Source: a virus | Direction: 5' to 3' (one strand) | IMG/VR virus record: IMGVR_UViG_3300028146_000002 | Location: 1 to 57,297 of that record | Length of the DNA: 57,297 bases | In this document: positions 16,421 to 24,632 of the stretch, one piece after another | How the letters are laid out: the number at the start of each line of letters is the position of its first letter | How positions within the stretch are numbered: the first letter of the stretch is position 1 | Notes under the pieces: model-generated | Seen by the model: only the letters and a program-made list of their open reading frames with translations | Told to the model about the DNA's origin: nothing | Database searches by the model: none | Translations under genes and position numbers: made by a program

Positions 16421-16462
16421 TAACGGCATTTAACGGGATAATCAAGGGTTTTAACGGGATAA
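16421..16462. repeat. Three TAACGG(G/C)AT direct repeats, including two 13-bp TTTAACGGGATAA copies 21 bp apart
   Basis: taacggcatt (16421), taacgggata (16431) and taacgggata (16452). They lie between two minus-strand genes. Confidence 0.6.
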
Positions 16463-16529
16463 CCTCGGGATGGACAGCAACAAAAAACCCCAGCGTTTGG
16501 CCGGGGTGAAATGTGGGCGGGAAAGTGGG

Positions 16530-16814
16530 CTATCGTTTGACGCCAACTCGGAGCGCGCAATCAGGGAATGCTGGTTCAATTCCGCTCGTGAGTCTGGACA
16601 ATGCGGTTGTGTAATCATCATCGCGGATTATCGCGCACAGTTGCTCCGCCGCATCCTGGATGCTTCGGCAATGCCGCACAAACGTTGCGGGATACGCTCC
16701 GATTGCGGTTGACCAAACTTCGTTGCCGCGAACTATATACCCATTGCGCAACATCAGGGTCACAAGCTTGCGGTCGAACGATGACAGGCGATTATATTCA
16801 GAGACTTTCATCAT
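16530..16814 (-). CDS. Hypothetical protein
   Basis: 94-aa ORF. Confidence 0.4.
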   Translation of the reverse strand: MMKVSEYNRLSSFDRKLVTLMLRNGYIVRGNEVWSTAIGAYPATFVRHCRSIQDAAEQLCAIIRDDDYTTALSRLTSGIEPAFPDCALRVGVKR

Positions 16815-16841
16815 TTTCCCTTTCGTGTTGTGGCGTGTGGG

Positions 16842-17420
16842 TTAAACCGTCGCGATGTCAGCACAAGCGCAACGGTGTGCTTCCGTTGTCTCTTGTTCGC
16901 GCTTCTTGGCGATGCGCTCTGCTGATTCGCGCGCTTGTTCCTCGCAGTATTCCAGACCGTAAAAACCCCAGCACGAATCTTCGTGTAGTCCGTCGTCGTC
17001 ACACACAAAGCCATAGACTTCGCCTCCGAGGTATTGATTCCATGTTTCAAGCAGACCTTCGGCCGCCTTGCGTGCTTTGGCTGACAATCGCCACTCGCTT
17101 TTAGCTGCGAAGATTGCGCCCACTTGCGACACGTCCCATTGTCGGTCCGGGAAGTTGCCAACATGCGAGAACGCCAGACAAACGCCAGAGTGTATGTAAG
17201 CTTCAATCGGAAACACCCAATGAGTTTTCTTGTAACGAGCGTGCAATGTTTCCCAGTCGTCGCCGATTCGCTTTTGTCCGGGCTCTGGCACATAGAATTC
17301 CCGGTGATTCGCCACAAGGAAAAGACCGTTGTCAGCGTCTTCCTGGGGTGACTGCGCGTCTTCATCTATGATGATTTTAACGCTAACGCCTTTGTGCTCG
17401 AATGTATTTACAGTGTTCAT
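16842..17420 (-). CDS. Conserved phage/plasmid protein of unknown function
   Basis: IIIDEDAQSPQED.DNG ... YLGGEVYGF...DSCWGFYG is a family pattern I recognise. No function is known for it. Confidence 0.55.
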   Translation of the reverse strand: MNTVNTFEHKGVSVKIIIDEDAQSPQEDADNGLFLVANHREFYVPEPGQKRIGDDWETLHARYKKTHWVFPIEAYIHSGVCLAFSHVGNFPDRQWDVSQVGAIFAAKSEWRLSAKARKAAEGLLETWNQYLGGEVYGFVCDDDGLHEDSCWGFYGLEYCEEQARESAERIAKKREQETTEAHRCACADIATV

Positions 17421-17440
17421 CTCTTAATCCTTAAAAGCCG

Positions 17441-17491
17441 TTGCCCCACGGGTGAAACCTGATACTCGGGAAGCATCAGACCGTGGGGCAA
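17441..17491. promoter_or_regulatory. Perfect 11-bp inverted repeat hairpin in a divergent control region
   Basis: TTGCCCCACGG (17441) pairs with CCGTGGGGCAA (17481), with an inner CTGAT/ATCAG. On the minus strand it is followed by CGGCTTTT, just upstream of the ATG at 17420. Confidence 0.5.
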
Positions 17492-17601
17492 TCGGCAGAT
17501 TGTTTGTTATTTGCTGATGAGGTTTCACGTTCATCTAAGACCATTCAACCACACTCCGAATTGCGAGTCAACATTTATTTTCAACTATTTGATAATTTCT
17601 G

Positions 17602-17630
17602 TTGACAAGCTTTCGTCACTGTGATTTAGT
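17602..17630 (+). promoter_or_regulatory. Sigma70-like promoter
   Basis: TTGACA (17602..17607), a 17-nt spacer, and an extended -10 TGaTTTAGT (17622..17630). Confidence 0.5.
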
Positions 17631-17636
17631 AGTGTC

Positions 17637-17727
17637 GTGAGCAGCGAAAACTTTAACCTCCCGCGCGGTAGCCGGCTGAATGCTGCTCACACTTCATTTA
17701 CAGTCGGCGCCGCGCGCGGGGGTTTTT
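17637..17727 (+). promoter_or_regulatory. Structured 5' leader with interleaved stems ending in a G/C stem plus T5
   Basis: GTGAGCAGC (17637) pairs with GCTGCTCAC (17682). CCTCCCGCGCG (17658) pairs with CGCGCGGGGG (17713). TTTTT follows at 17723. The ATG is at 17743. Confidence 0.4.
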
Positions 17728-17742
17728 CAATAAGGCTAAAAC

Positions 17743-18231
17743 ATGCAAACGTATTCCCAATTCCGCCCCACTGGTTTTGATGCCCGCGGGCTCAGCTTGC
17801 CCGATCAGCAAAATTGGCTTGTGGCACCTTGCGGCCGTAATCGCGACAGCGATGCTCTGACAGAATCAAACTTTCGTTGCTGCCTTAAAGCATTGGGCGG
17901 AGAGTCTGATACTGTTGAAGTGCATCGCTTTGGACATTGGGCTTGCGGTTGGCTTGAAATTATCATCGTCCAACCTGGCAGCGATGCCGAACGCATTGCA
18001 AACGAGATTGAATCATCGCTTGCGGACTACCCGGTATTGGATGATATGGATTTTTCAGAGTTGGAAAACGAGCAAGCCAATGAAGTGTGGCGGAACTGCT
18101 ATCGCCCCAAAGAACGCATTGCCTACATCCGCAAACACCGGAGTCAATTTGAATTTCAGGGCATCCGTGATTTGCTCGGATGTGTGCGCGGCAATTACTT
18201 TGCCGGATACGCTTCCGAACTACTCCATTAA
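17743..18231 (+). CDS. Conserved hypothetical protein
   Basis: 162-aa ORF. The RNRDSDALTESN...HWACGW..YPVLDD pattern recurs in phage and plasmid proteins. Confidence 0.5.
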   Translation: MQTYSQFRPTGFDARGLSLPDQQNWLVAPCGRNRDSDALTESNFRCCLKALGGESDTVEVHRFGHWACGWLEIIIVQPGSDAERIANEIESSLADYPVLDDMDFSELENEQANEVWRNCYRPKERIAYIRKHRSQFEFQGIRDLLGCVRGNYFAGYASELLH

Positions 18232-18257
18232 CCCCTTAACCCTGAAAGGATACCAAT

Positions 18258-18539
18258 ATGCAAATCGGCAGAATGACATTACACCGTGTTGTGGAATTAG
18301 CGGTCAAAGAAATCTTCGAGACCTTTGTCCCGGCCCACTCATGCGAACGCATTTTCAAGCCAGAGGCGAAAGACTTCTTTTGCATCCGGCATTCTGTGTT
18401 CGCTGCTTGGTCTTTGGCTGACAGTAAGGGCGAAGCGATTCTGAAGGAATTCACCCACACGGAAATGTCTCAATGGCTGGCCAGCGTGGACTATTGCGAA
18501 CTGAACAAAGATCCGCGCGCGGAAAGGCAGGCAGCATGA
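18258..18539 (+). CDS. Hypothetical protein
   Basis: 93-aa ORF. Confidence 0.4.
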   Translation: MQIGRMTLHRVVELAVKEIFETFVPAHSCERIFKPEAKDFFCIRHSVFAAWSLADSKGEAILKEFTHTEMSQWLASVDYCELNKDPRAERQAA

Positions 18540-18871
18540 GCACCCAAACAAAGCACACTCCTGGCCCATGGCAGGCTAACAAGTGGGCGCCCGGTTTCGA
18601 GGTTTGCGCACCTGGCAGTCATTACACAATTTGCAGCTTGGCGGGCTACAATAACGAAGAAGCCAATGCGCAGCTAATCGCCGCCGCACCCGATCTGCTC
18701 GAAGCGTGCAAAATGGCACTGGCGACGATTGAGCGCCTCACCGTGCGGCACGGTCCATTCAGTTCCACCGATGGCACGCATTCAGTTCTCAATGAGGCCA
18801 TCGCCAAAGCCGAAGCAACCGCAAACCCTAACGCCAGCGTCAAGCAGGCGTATCCGAAAGGCAGGTGGTAG
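18536..18871 (+). CDS. Hypothetical protein (HTPGPW N-terminus)
   Basis: ATGA overlap with the upstream stop. Confidence 0.45.
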   Translation: MSTQTKHTPGPWQANKWAPGFEVCAPGSHYTICSLAGYNNEEANAQLIAAAPDLLEACKMALATIERLTVRHGPFSSTDGTHSVLNEAIAKAEATANPNASVKQAYPKGRW

Positions 18872-18872
18872 G

Positions 18873-19154
18873 ATGAGGCTTAAACCTTCCATTCAAAAGC
18901 GCATGGCGTGGCGCGATCTGAAAGGCGACGGCACGCCCGCGCACTGGCTCGGCGATGACGTGCTAGAATCGGTCACGCCCCGAATGGTGAGCGTCAGGGA
19001 AATAAAGCGAGCGGTCGCCTTGGCCAATGCCGCACCCGAAATGCTTGCCCTAATTGAGTCGCTGCTGCCCCTGCTTTGGGAGAGATGCGACAAAAGCCCC
19101 GAATGCTCCGCGATTTACCAAGACGCGGCAAACATCATCAAACGATTCAAATGA
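18873..19154 (+). CDS. Hypothetical protein
   Basis: In-frame ATG at 18873, directly after the upstream stop. Confidence 0.4.
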   Translation: MRLKPSIQKRMAWRDLKGDGTPAHWLGDDVLESVTPRMVSVREIKRAVALANAAPEMLALIESLLPLLWERCDKSPECSAIYQDAANIIKRFK

Positions 19155-19161
19155 ACCCTTT

Positions 19162-19220
19162 GGGCGCGCGTATGCCGCAAGATGGCGAGATGGTTCACAT
19201 CGGCGCGCGCCCGCTCTTTT
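19162..19220 (+). terminator. Possible intrinsic terminator with a large loop
   Basis: GGGCGCGCG (19162) pairs with CGCGCGCCC (19204), followed by GCTCTTTT. Confidence 0.35.
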
Positions 19221-19225
19221 GAACT

Positions 19226-19438
19226 ATGAGAAAACCCTGCATCATTCTCGCCAAGGCCGCCGTTGAGCGCGTCAACGCAGATCATTATGACGCATTCAAC
19301 GAGGACGGGCGCAAACTCATCTCAACTTACTCCTACCGCAACATCGTTGAATATCTCAAAGGGCAGGAGTTTGAATCTGTGCCGCTCAATTCGAGATGTG
19401 GCAGGACGATTTTAGACAAACTCGAAGCGAACCATTGA
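19226..19438 (+). CDS. Hypothetical small protein upstream of the integrase (possible directionality factor)
   Basis: 70-aa ORF. The call rests on position only. Confidence 0.3.
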   Translation: MRKPCIILAKAAVERVNADHYDAFNEDGRKLISTYSYRNIVEYLKGQEFESVPLNSRCGRTILDKLEANH

Positions 19439-20331
19439 AATTCCACTTCGAGCAATTCCTTGAGTTCCGCCGCGCGGCAATCAAGGCGTCCACCGCTGAG
19501 ACCTACCGCACAGACCAAGCGGCATTCTTTCGTTGGGCCGATGCACGGGGTCTGACGGTTCAATCCATCACGCGATCCAACATCGCGGAGTGGATGGCTC
19601 ACGCGCAGTCCAGCCAGTCAAACGGCACGATCATGTCGAGACTGGCGATTCTCCGCTCATTTTTAGCCTGGGCGGAGGATCAAGGGCTGCGCGTGGGCAA
19701 CCCCGTCGAGATAAAGAAGCTGCCGCGGCTCAAATCGCCACCAGCAGATCGGCAACCGTTCACCGAGGATGAGTTTCGGAGGTTGCTGCAGGCTGCCGAA
19801 GGGCATCCATTCTGGGCACCCGCAATCCAAATCGGCTGGTTCTCAGGATTGAGAATGGGCGACGTGGCCGGCCTGCTTTGGGCTGAAGTGGACCTTCAGG
19901 CTGGCATTATCACCCGCCGAGCGATGAAAACGAGCCAAACGCACGCTCCAAAGGTTGTTCCCATTGACCCGGAATTGCGATTTGTGCTTATACGCCTCTA
20001 CAACGGGCCGGAGCGAGAGGGCAGCCTGTTTGTATTGCCTGCCATGCAATCGCTTTACCAGCAAGCCCGCACGCAACTCTGTGAGGGGTTTAAGAGGCTT
20101 TCCGGGAGAGCAGGCGTCCAAAATGGCCATTTCCACCGCCTGAGGCACTCATTTGTCTCAAAATTGATAAATGCGGGGGTATCAACGGTCACAATCCAAT
20201 CAATGACCGGGCAAAGCCTGCCCGTGCTCGCCAAATACGCCCACGTCTCAACCGAGGCGAAGCGCGAAGCATTGGCGAAGGCATCATCGCTGCCACAAAA
20301 TGCAATTTCCCTCTTGACGAATGAGGCGTGA
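19396..20331 (+). CDS. int: Tyrosine recombinase / phage integrase
   Basis: The C-terminus has HRLRHSFVSKLINAGV...LAKYAH (the R..H.R.Y catalytic pattern). A SAM-like N-terminal domain is present. Confidence 0.9.
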   Translation: MWQDDFRQTRSEPLKFHFEQFLEFRRAAIKASTAETYRTDQAAFFRWADARGLTVQSITRSNIAEWMAHAQSSQSNGTIMSRLAILRSFLAWAEDQGLRVGNPVEIKKLPRLKSPPADRQPFTEDEFRRLLQAAEGHPFWAPAIQIGWFSGLRMGDVAGLLWAEVDLQAGIITRRAMKTSQTHAPKVVPIDPELRFVLIRLYNGPEREGSLFVLPAMQSLYQQARTQLCEGFKRLSGRAGVQNGHFHRLRHSFVSKLINAGVSTVTIQSMTGQSLPVLAKYAHVSTEAKREALAKASSLPQNAISLLTNEA

Positions 20332-20478
20332 CATGAAAAATTTGACGCGTTCAATACTTGGTCGTAATGAGCGCGTATCGAAATTCGAATCCATCCTGTA
20401 ACGGCTGCCCATGTGGGATCACGCCGGTTATTGCTTCGCTTACGCGAGTCATTGACGACCAAGCAGCGATGGCATTCA

Positions 20479-20518
20479 CCCCGTAGGCTTTCGAAGGCTT
20501 GCGGGGGCTTTTTGTTTT
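20479..20518 (+). terminator. Rho-independent terminator downstream of int
   Basis: CCCCGTAGGCTT...AAGGCTTGCGGGG stem followed by CTTTTTGTTTT. Confidence 0.6.
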
Positions 20519-20698
20519 CGCATTGAACCGCGCAGTTGTTCGGCTCAAAACCTTTGGGCTGCGTGGACGGATCGGGAAACAAAGTGCCTGCTTCCCGACG
20601 CGTGGGTGCGAAAGCCTAGAGCGCGAGGCGGACGGTGAAACTCCACCGGCAATAGTCTGGGCAACCCGAGAACAGAGCTTTTAAGTGCCTCGGGGCCA

Positions 20699-20745
20699 AA
20701 GCGAAGCGACACGCTCCCCCAAGGGGGTGCTCTGCCTTTCGCTTC
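20699..20745 (-). terminator. Hairpin at the end of the minus-strand late operon
   Basis: AAGCGAAGCG...GCTCCCCCAAGGGGGTGC...TTCGCTT forms a nested stem. The U-tract is weak. Confidence 0.3.
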
Positions 20746-20821
20746 AGCTCACTCACTCCCCCAGCGTTCACTTAGTACAGAAGGGAGCGAGGCTGGAAAA
20801 TTCGGAAAATTCCTGAAAGTT

Positions 20822-21157
20822 TCAAAGCAAATCTGCAATCGTCCGATTATACCACCGCTGCTTATCCGTGTTGTCAGCCCTGAGTAACGCCGTCGGCCTG
20901 GAATTCGCTCGCAACCTTGGTGCATGGACCCGGCAACGCTCGCCGCGGCAAGCTTCTCCGCAATCCCGGCAACGTCCGCGCTTGAACTTGACCGTCTCCT
21001 TGATCTGGCTGAGTTCGGCGGCAACTGAATCATTGCCGGCCATCCGTGCCTCGACCAGCTTCTCCTTCACGAGGGCGGCCGCCTCGTTTCGGCGCATCCC
21101 TCGCAATGAGCGCCCGAGCAGATGCTTCTGGCGCATTTGGTGGACTGCTCGACTCAC
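20822..21157 (-). CDS. Hypothetical basic protein with a Cys cluster
   Basis: 111-aa ORF containing CRDCGEACRGERCRVH. Confidence 0.4.
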   Translation of the reverse strand: MSRAVHQMRQKHLLGRSLRGMRRNEAAALVKEKLVEARMAGNDSVAAELSQIKETVKFKRGRCRDCGEACRGERCRVHAPRLRANSRPTALLRADNTDKQRWYNRTIADLL

Positions 21158-21679
21158 TCAGGGCAGCAGCAGATTATTCCAGGACACGCCCATCATTTTG
21201 AAGAAACCAGCGCCATTCGTGCCGGTTTCAACCGTAAACGACGTGCCGGGGACATAAATCCAGACAGGATTGACGAGGGTTGAGGACTGGGCCACGCGGC
21301 CAGACAGGTAATTGGTCCGGGTAAGGAGTTGGGACATGTCGCTTTCGCCAGCATCATTGAACGCAGTAACGCCGAACCACGGGTTGGCATTGGTCGCAGG
21401 CACCTTAACTGGCGCGGTGGTATTGGTCGCAGTGGCCGCAACAGACATGGCAGCCGGGGTGCTTCCCAGCCAAACATGATAGCCGGAAGCCGCGGCGGAA
21501 GCGTCCCAGCCGAGCGTCAATGTGTAGGTGTTGGTATTCGGCGGTGGTATCACGACGACGGCTGCCGCAGGAACTTTGACCATCAACTGCGAGGATTTGG
21601 CGGCCCCAAGACAAAGCAGGCAAAGCAGAAGCAAAGGTGCCGTTCGGGTTCCTTTTTCTTGGTTTCCAGTTTGGATCAT
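21158..21679 (-). CDS. Secreted protein with a fibronectin type III-like domain
   Basis: N-terminal signal peptide APLLLLCLLCLGAAKS. LGWDASAAASGYHVWLGS is the FN3 pattern. Confidence 0.5.
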   Translation of the reverse strand: MIQTGNQEKGTRTAPLLLLCLLCLGAAKSSQLMVKVPAAAVVVIPPPNTNTYTLTLGWDASAAASGYHVWLGSTPAAMSVAATATNTTAPVKVPATNANPWFGVTAFNDAGESDMSQLLTRTNYLSGRVAQSSTLVNPVWIYVPGTSFTVETGTNGAGFFKMMGVSWNNLLLP

Positions 21680-21709
21680 AGTCAGACCAATCGGGATTGA
21701 ATTCGGGCA

Positions 21710-22018
21710 TCATTTGGGCGCCATGTACTCGAGCGCGCCCTTGGTTGCCCCGGCGCTCACCGCATTGATTAGCCCGATGACGTTCGTACCGCTCGCCTCC
21801 TGGTTCAGCGCACCGACCGAACTGCTCTGGGTTTTATCGGTCTGCGTGACCCGGCTCTTGACGATCTCGGACTGCGAGTCAAAGAACGTCGTGACCGAGA
21901 CTTTCGTGGAGATTTGGCGGGACGGCTGACCGTTCGTGCCATACGAGGTATCGGTTTGGTGGGTGGAATAGTGGGCACAACCGCAGAGAAGCAAAAGGGC
22001 AAGCGCAGAACGAATCAT
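21710..22018 (-). CDS. Lipoprotein (possible outer-membrane spanin component)
   Basis: The sequence MIRSALALLLLCGC contains a lipobox. Confidence 0.45.
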   Translation of the reverse strand: MIRSALALLLLCGCAHYSTHQTDTSYGTNGQPSRQISTKVSVTTFFDSQSEIVKSRVTQTDKTQSSSVGALNQEASGTNVIGLINAVSAGATKGALEYMAPK

Positions 22019-22051
22019 TGCTGAACGTTCTACGCTTGCCTTTGAACCGTG

Positions 22052-22285
22052 TCAAGCCGTCGGTGGCGGCGTCACAGCGTCGGGAACCTTGTCGTCCACG
22101 ACCTTGAGTTGCGCGACGAGCGCATCGGTCGCAGCAACGAGTTCCGGCGAGGCGCTGCTTTGATTGGCGACGGCATCCTGCAAGTCTTTGATGAGCAGCA
22201 GGCTTTTGTCCGTCTCGGCGCCGATCTTGTTGATGGTATCAACGGCGGCTTTCAGTTGGGCTACGATTTCAGTCTGTGTGGCCAT
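22052..22285 (-). CDS. Hypothetical coiled-coil protein
   Basis: ATG at 22285 is preceded by AAGGAAAATC. Begins MATQTEIVAQLKAAVD. Confidence 0.45.
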   Translation of the reverse strand: MATQTEIVAQLKAAVDTINKIGAETDKSLLLIKDLQDAVANQSSASPELVAATDALVAQLKVVDDKVPDAVTPPPTA

Positions 22286-22367
22286 GATTTTCCTTAGTGT
22301 TTTCTCCACCCATTCGCGGGTGGTCTTTGGTTTGACGTGTTTACAGTGCAAGGGCCAGAAAATCATG

Positions 22368-22541
22368 TCAAGGGTGGACCGGCGAGCCGAACACCTTCCA
22401 ACCAATGAGCAGGAACAAGATGAACAGTAGGAGTGTATTGCCAAGCGGGCGGAAGGCGCTCCCGGTAGCCGGCCAATTTGACCACAAGCCGAACACGAGC
22501 CAAATCAACATCAAGACCCAGTATAAAAGTGCAAAGGACAT
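22368..22541 (-). CDS. 57-aa protein with two transmembrane segments (holin-like)
   Basis: Translated by hand as MSFALLYWVLMLIWLVFGLWSNWPATGSAFRPLGNTLLLFILFLLIGWKVFGSPVHP. Below the ORF-track length cutoff. Confidence 0.45.
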   Translation of the reverse strand: MSFALLYWVLMLIWLVFGLWSNWPATGSAFRPLGNTLLLFILFLLIGWKVFGSPVHP

Positions 22542-22547
22542 ATCGCA

Positions 22548-23117
22548 CTATCTCACGGTCGGGCTTTTTGGCAACTGGGGGCTTTTCCGGTGGGGAATGG
22601 GAAATTGCGGTAACCGCCGATTCTGAAATAGATTCGTGTGCGCTTCCTGCGGAATCCAGAGCATCCGGCTCACAGTCAGATGCGTCTTGCAAACCGGGCA
22701 GCGAAGATCCAGCACCTGCGTCCGCATGACGCCGCCGAGCTCGAGCGTGCCGGTATCCCGGACCACTTTGTTTGTAACCATCGTTACGACGTTTGTATGG
22801 GCGAAGCAAAAGGCGAGACCATTGGACTGAGCGCGCGCCCCGACGGGCAGCAGCAATGCCAGCAGCAGTCCTTTAGTAAGCGCGTGCTGTTTCAGCTTGC
22901 GCATCGCCTTGCGGGCAACTTGGCTGATGTTCGCTTCCGAGCAACCACACCAGGCGGCAATCTCCCAAAGCGTAATCCGTGGATGCGCACGAGTGTCCAC
23001 GCCGAGCCGGCGCTCGATTAGCAGCCGTCGCTTGAGTATCTCCAACCCGAGGTCAATGCGTGAACCCTTCTTCGCTCGAAGTGGGCCGATGCGTTCGACT
23101 TTGATAAAGCGACTCAT
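22548..23117 (-). CDS. Sigma-70 region-4-like HTH fused to a hydrophobic segment and a C-terminal domain
   Basis: LEILKRRLLIERRLG...RITLWEIAAWCGCSEANISQVARKAMRKLK is followed by LLLALLLPVGARA. Confidence 0.4.
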   Translation of the reverse strand: MSRFIKVERIGPLRAKKGSRIDLGLEILKRRLLIERRLGVDTRAHPRITLWEIAAWCGCSEANISQVARKAMRKLKQHALTKGLLLALLLPVGARAQSNGLAFCFAHTNVVTMVTNKVVRDTGTLELGGVMRTQVLDLRCPVCKTHLTVSRMLWIPQEAHTNLFQNRRLPQFPIPHRKSPQLPKSPTVR

Positions 23118-23419
23118 ACTTGTTTAATCGCGTTCCTGACAGCATCGTCGTAAATCTTTTGCGCCTCTTGGGCAAGGGCAATATCCTTCGGGTCTTTTGT
23201 CGCGTCAGCCACACGGGCGGCGAACATGGCGGTAATCCGCTTTTGCTCCGTCATGGCTGAGTTCACGAGTCCATGGACTTCCTCAATCTTGACTGACTGA
23301 TTCTTGCGCTCTGCCCTGCCGTTGATGCCGTTGGTAACCGTGACAATCGCCCCGGCTAGGGACGCAATTGCAGCCGTTACGATTCCAGTGATGATTAGCG
23401 CGTCCGAGGATGAGAGCAT
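23114..23419 (-). CDS. N-terminally membrane-anchored protein (possible inner-membrane spanin or holin partner)
   Basis: ALIITGIVTAAIASLAGAIVTV transmembrane segment followed by a charged helical tail. Confidence 0.4.
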   Translation of the reverse strand: MLSSSDALIITGIVTAAIASLAGAIVTVTNGINGRAERKNQSVKIEEVHGLVNSAMTEQKRITAMFAARVADATKDPKDIALAQEAQKIYDDAVRNAIKQV

Positions 23420-23549
23420 CGTTTACGCTTTCTTTTCGGCACATACGTCTTGCCCCTTAGTGCAAGCTCCACGTAACACATAGCGCACCGGATTGGTTCT
23501 CCATTGCGCACGATGACAGTTGGGTGTTTGCACTTTTTCTGAAAGGCGG

Positions 23550-23843
23550 TCACTTGGCCGGCGGGACGGGGTTCTCCAATCGATCAGTGTTTCCAGTCTT
23601 GATTGCCTCCACGGTCGCGCTCTTTACAACCGCCGCCTCGTCCTTGGTCTGAGACTTCGACGCATCCCCCGCCGCCAATAATCCAACTCCGCCCACGATT
23701 GTCCCGAGCGAGGCGGTCCACACTCCCTCCGTCGCATTGTGCTCTTTGACAGCAAAGATAAGATGGACAACGCTGCCGATAATCATTCCGAGGCCAACGC
23801 TGGTGGTCTTCCAATTGGTGAGCAGATTCTTGATCATAATCAT
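23550..23843 (-). CDS. Membrane protein with two transmembrane segments (holin-like)
   Basis: SVGLGMIIGSVVHLIFAV and LGTIVGGVGLLAAG. Confidence 0.45.
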   Translation of the reverse strand: MIMIKNLLTNWKTTSVGLGMIIGSVVHLIFAVKEHNATEGVWTASLGTIVGGVGLLAAGDASKSQTKDEAAVVKSATVEAIKTGNTDRLENPVPPAK

Positions 23844-24169
23844 GGCTTCAGGTTCTTACCATTGGCGACGATGAAATCCCAGACCCATTTGCAGACCACA
23901 GCAATGAAGCCGCCAATGACTGCACGCATTTGCCACTTGCGAGCGTCCTGAACCTGCTCAACGCGGTCCAGCCGAGTAATAATACCAATCACCGCCTTTC
24001 CGTCTCCAAGTAACGCCTCGCGTAGCTGCCGCACATCATCGCGAATATCCTCCATGCTCCTTGAGAGCCCTTCGCGCCAATGGTCGCCTTGTTCCACTTC
24101 GGTCATGCGTATGTCCAAGCCTTGCAGGTGCGCCCTAATGGCGTTGATCTGGTCGTTTGATGGGGGCAT
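23840..24169 (-). CDS. Coiled-coil protein with a C-terminal transmembrane anchor
   Basis: The C-terminus contains AVIGGFIAVVCKWVWDFIV. Confidence 0.4.
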   Translation of the reverse strand: MPPSNDQINAIRAHLQGLDIRMTEVEQGDHWREGLSRSMEDIRDDVRQLREALLGDGKAVIGIITRLDRVEQVQDARKWQMRAVIGGFIAVVCKWVWDFIVANGKNLKP

Positions 24170-24173
24170 AAAG

Positions 24174-24617
24174 TCATGTTAAAGCCCAAACCAAGAACCA
24201 GCTTCCCCGCTTCGCGGTTATCGCGCTGCCGTCGCTGGTGTTTTGCGCGAACTGCATGGCGAGGTTGCCCGCGTTCGCACCGTTTTCAATCACGCCATGC
24301 AGCCGCGCAGCGTGAAGTCCGGTCGTGGCGAGCGCTCCCGCTACGCCTGCACTAAGCCCCAAAGCAACGATGGACAGTCCGGTTCCATTGAGAACCTCAA
24401 TTGTGTAAAGCGCATTCGCTGGAGATGCAGGAGTGGACACGCCGAATTTCTGACCACTAATAATTCCGGCCAAGTTGAATTGGACATTGGCATGAAACCC
24501 ATATGCCCGATTCGCCTCCATCGGAAAGGAAAATCCAGTTATCGTGGTCAACGTCGCGCTGGACGTTATTGACTGGTCCGCCGCGAGGAACGCCGCCCAT
24601 GTTTGAGTTGTTACCAT
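24174..24617 (-). CDS. Hypothetical structural protein
   Basis: 147-aa ORF with beta-rich composition, next to the fibre genes. Confidence 0.4.
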   Translation of the reverse strand: MVTTQTWAAFLAADQSITSSATLTTITGFSFPMEANRAYGFHANVQFNLAGIISGQKFGVSTPASPANALYTIEVLNGTGLSIVALGLSAGVAGALATTGLHAARLHGVIENGANAGNLAMQFAQNTSDGSAITAKRGSWFLVWALT

Positions 24618-24632
24618 AAGCGTTGCATCAAC

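Noticed and set aside
20360-20410. An ATTCGAATCC string (tRNA T-loop-like) and the palindrome TCGAAATTCGA just downstream of int. This could be an attP core derived from a tRNA 3' end.
   Set aside because: The flanking bases do not form a T-stem or an acceptor stem. Without the host attB this is only a weak hint, so I did not annotate it.
22363-22809. A 148-aa minus-strand ORF.
   Set aside because: It is R/A/G-rich and overlaps the better-supported sigma-like gene. A different frame of its 3' part gives a clean 57-aa two-TM protein (22368..22541), which I preferred.
23395-23553. A 52-aa GTG-initiated zinc-ribbon-like ORF (CKHP...CAMC) on the minus strand in the 130-nt gap between two membrane-protein genes.
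   Set aside because: It has no Shine-Dalgarno sequence and overlaps the next gene by 25 nt. It is too short to judge, so I left it unannotated.
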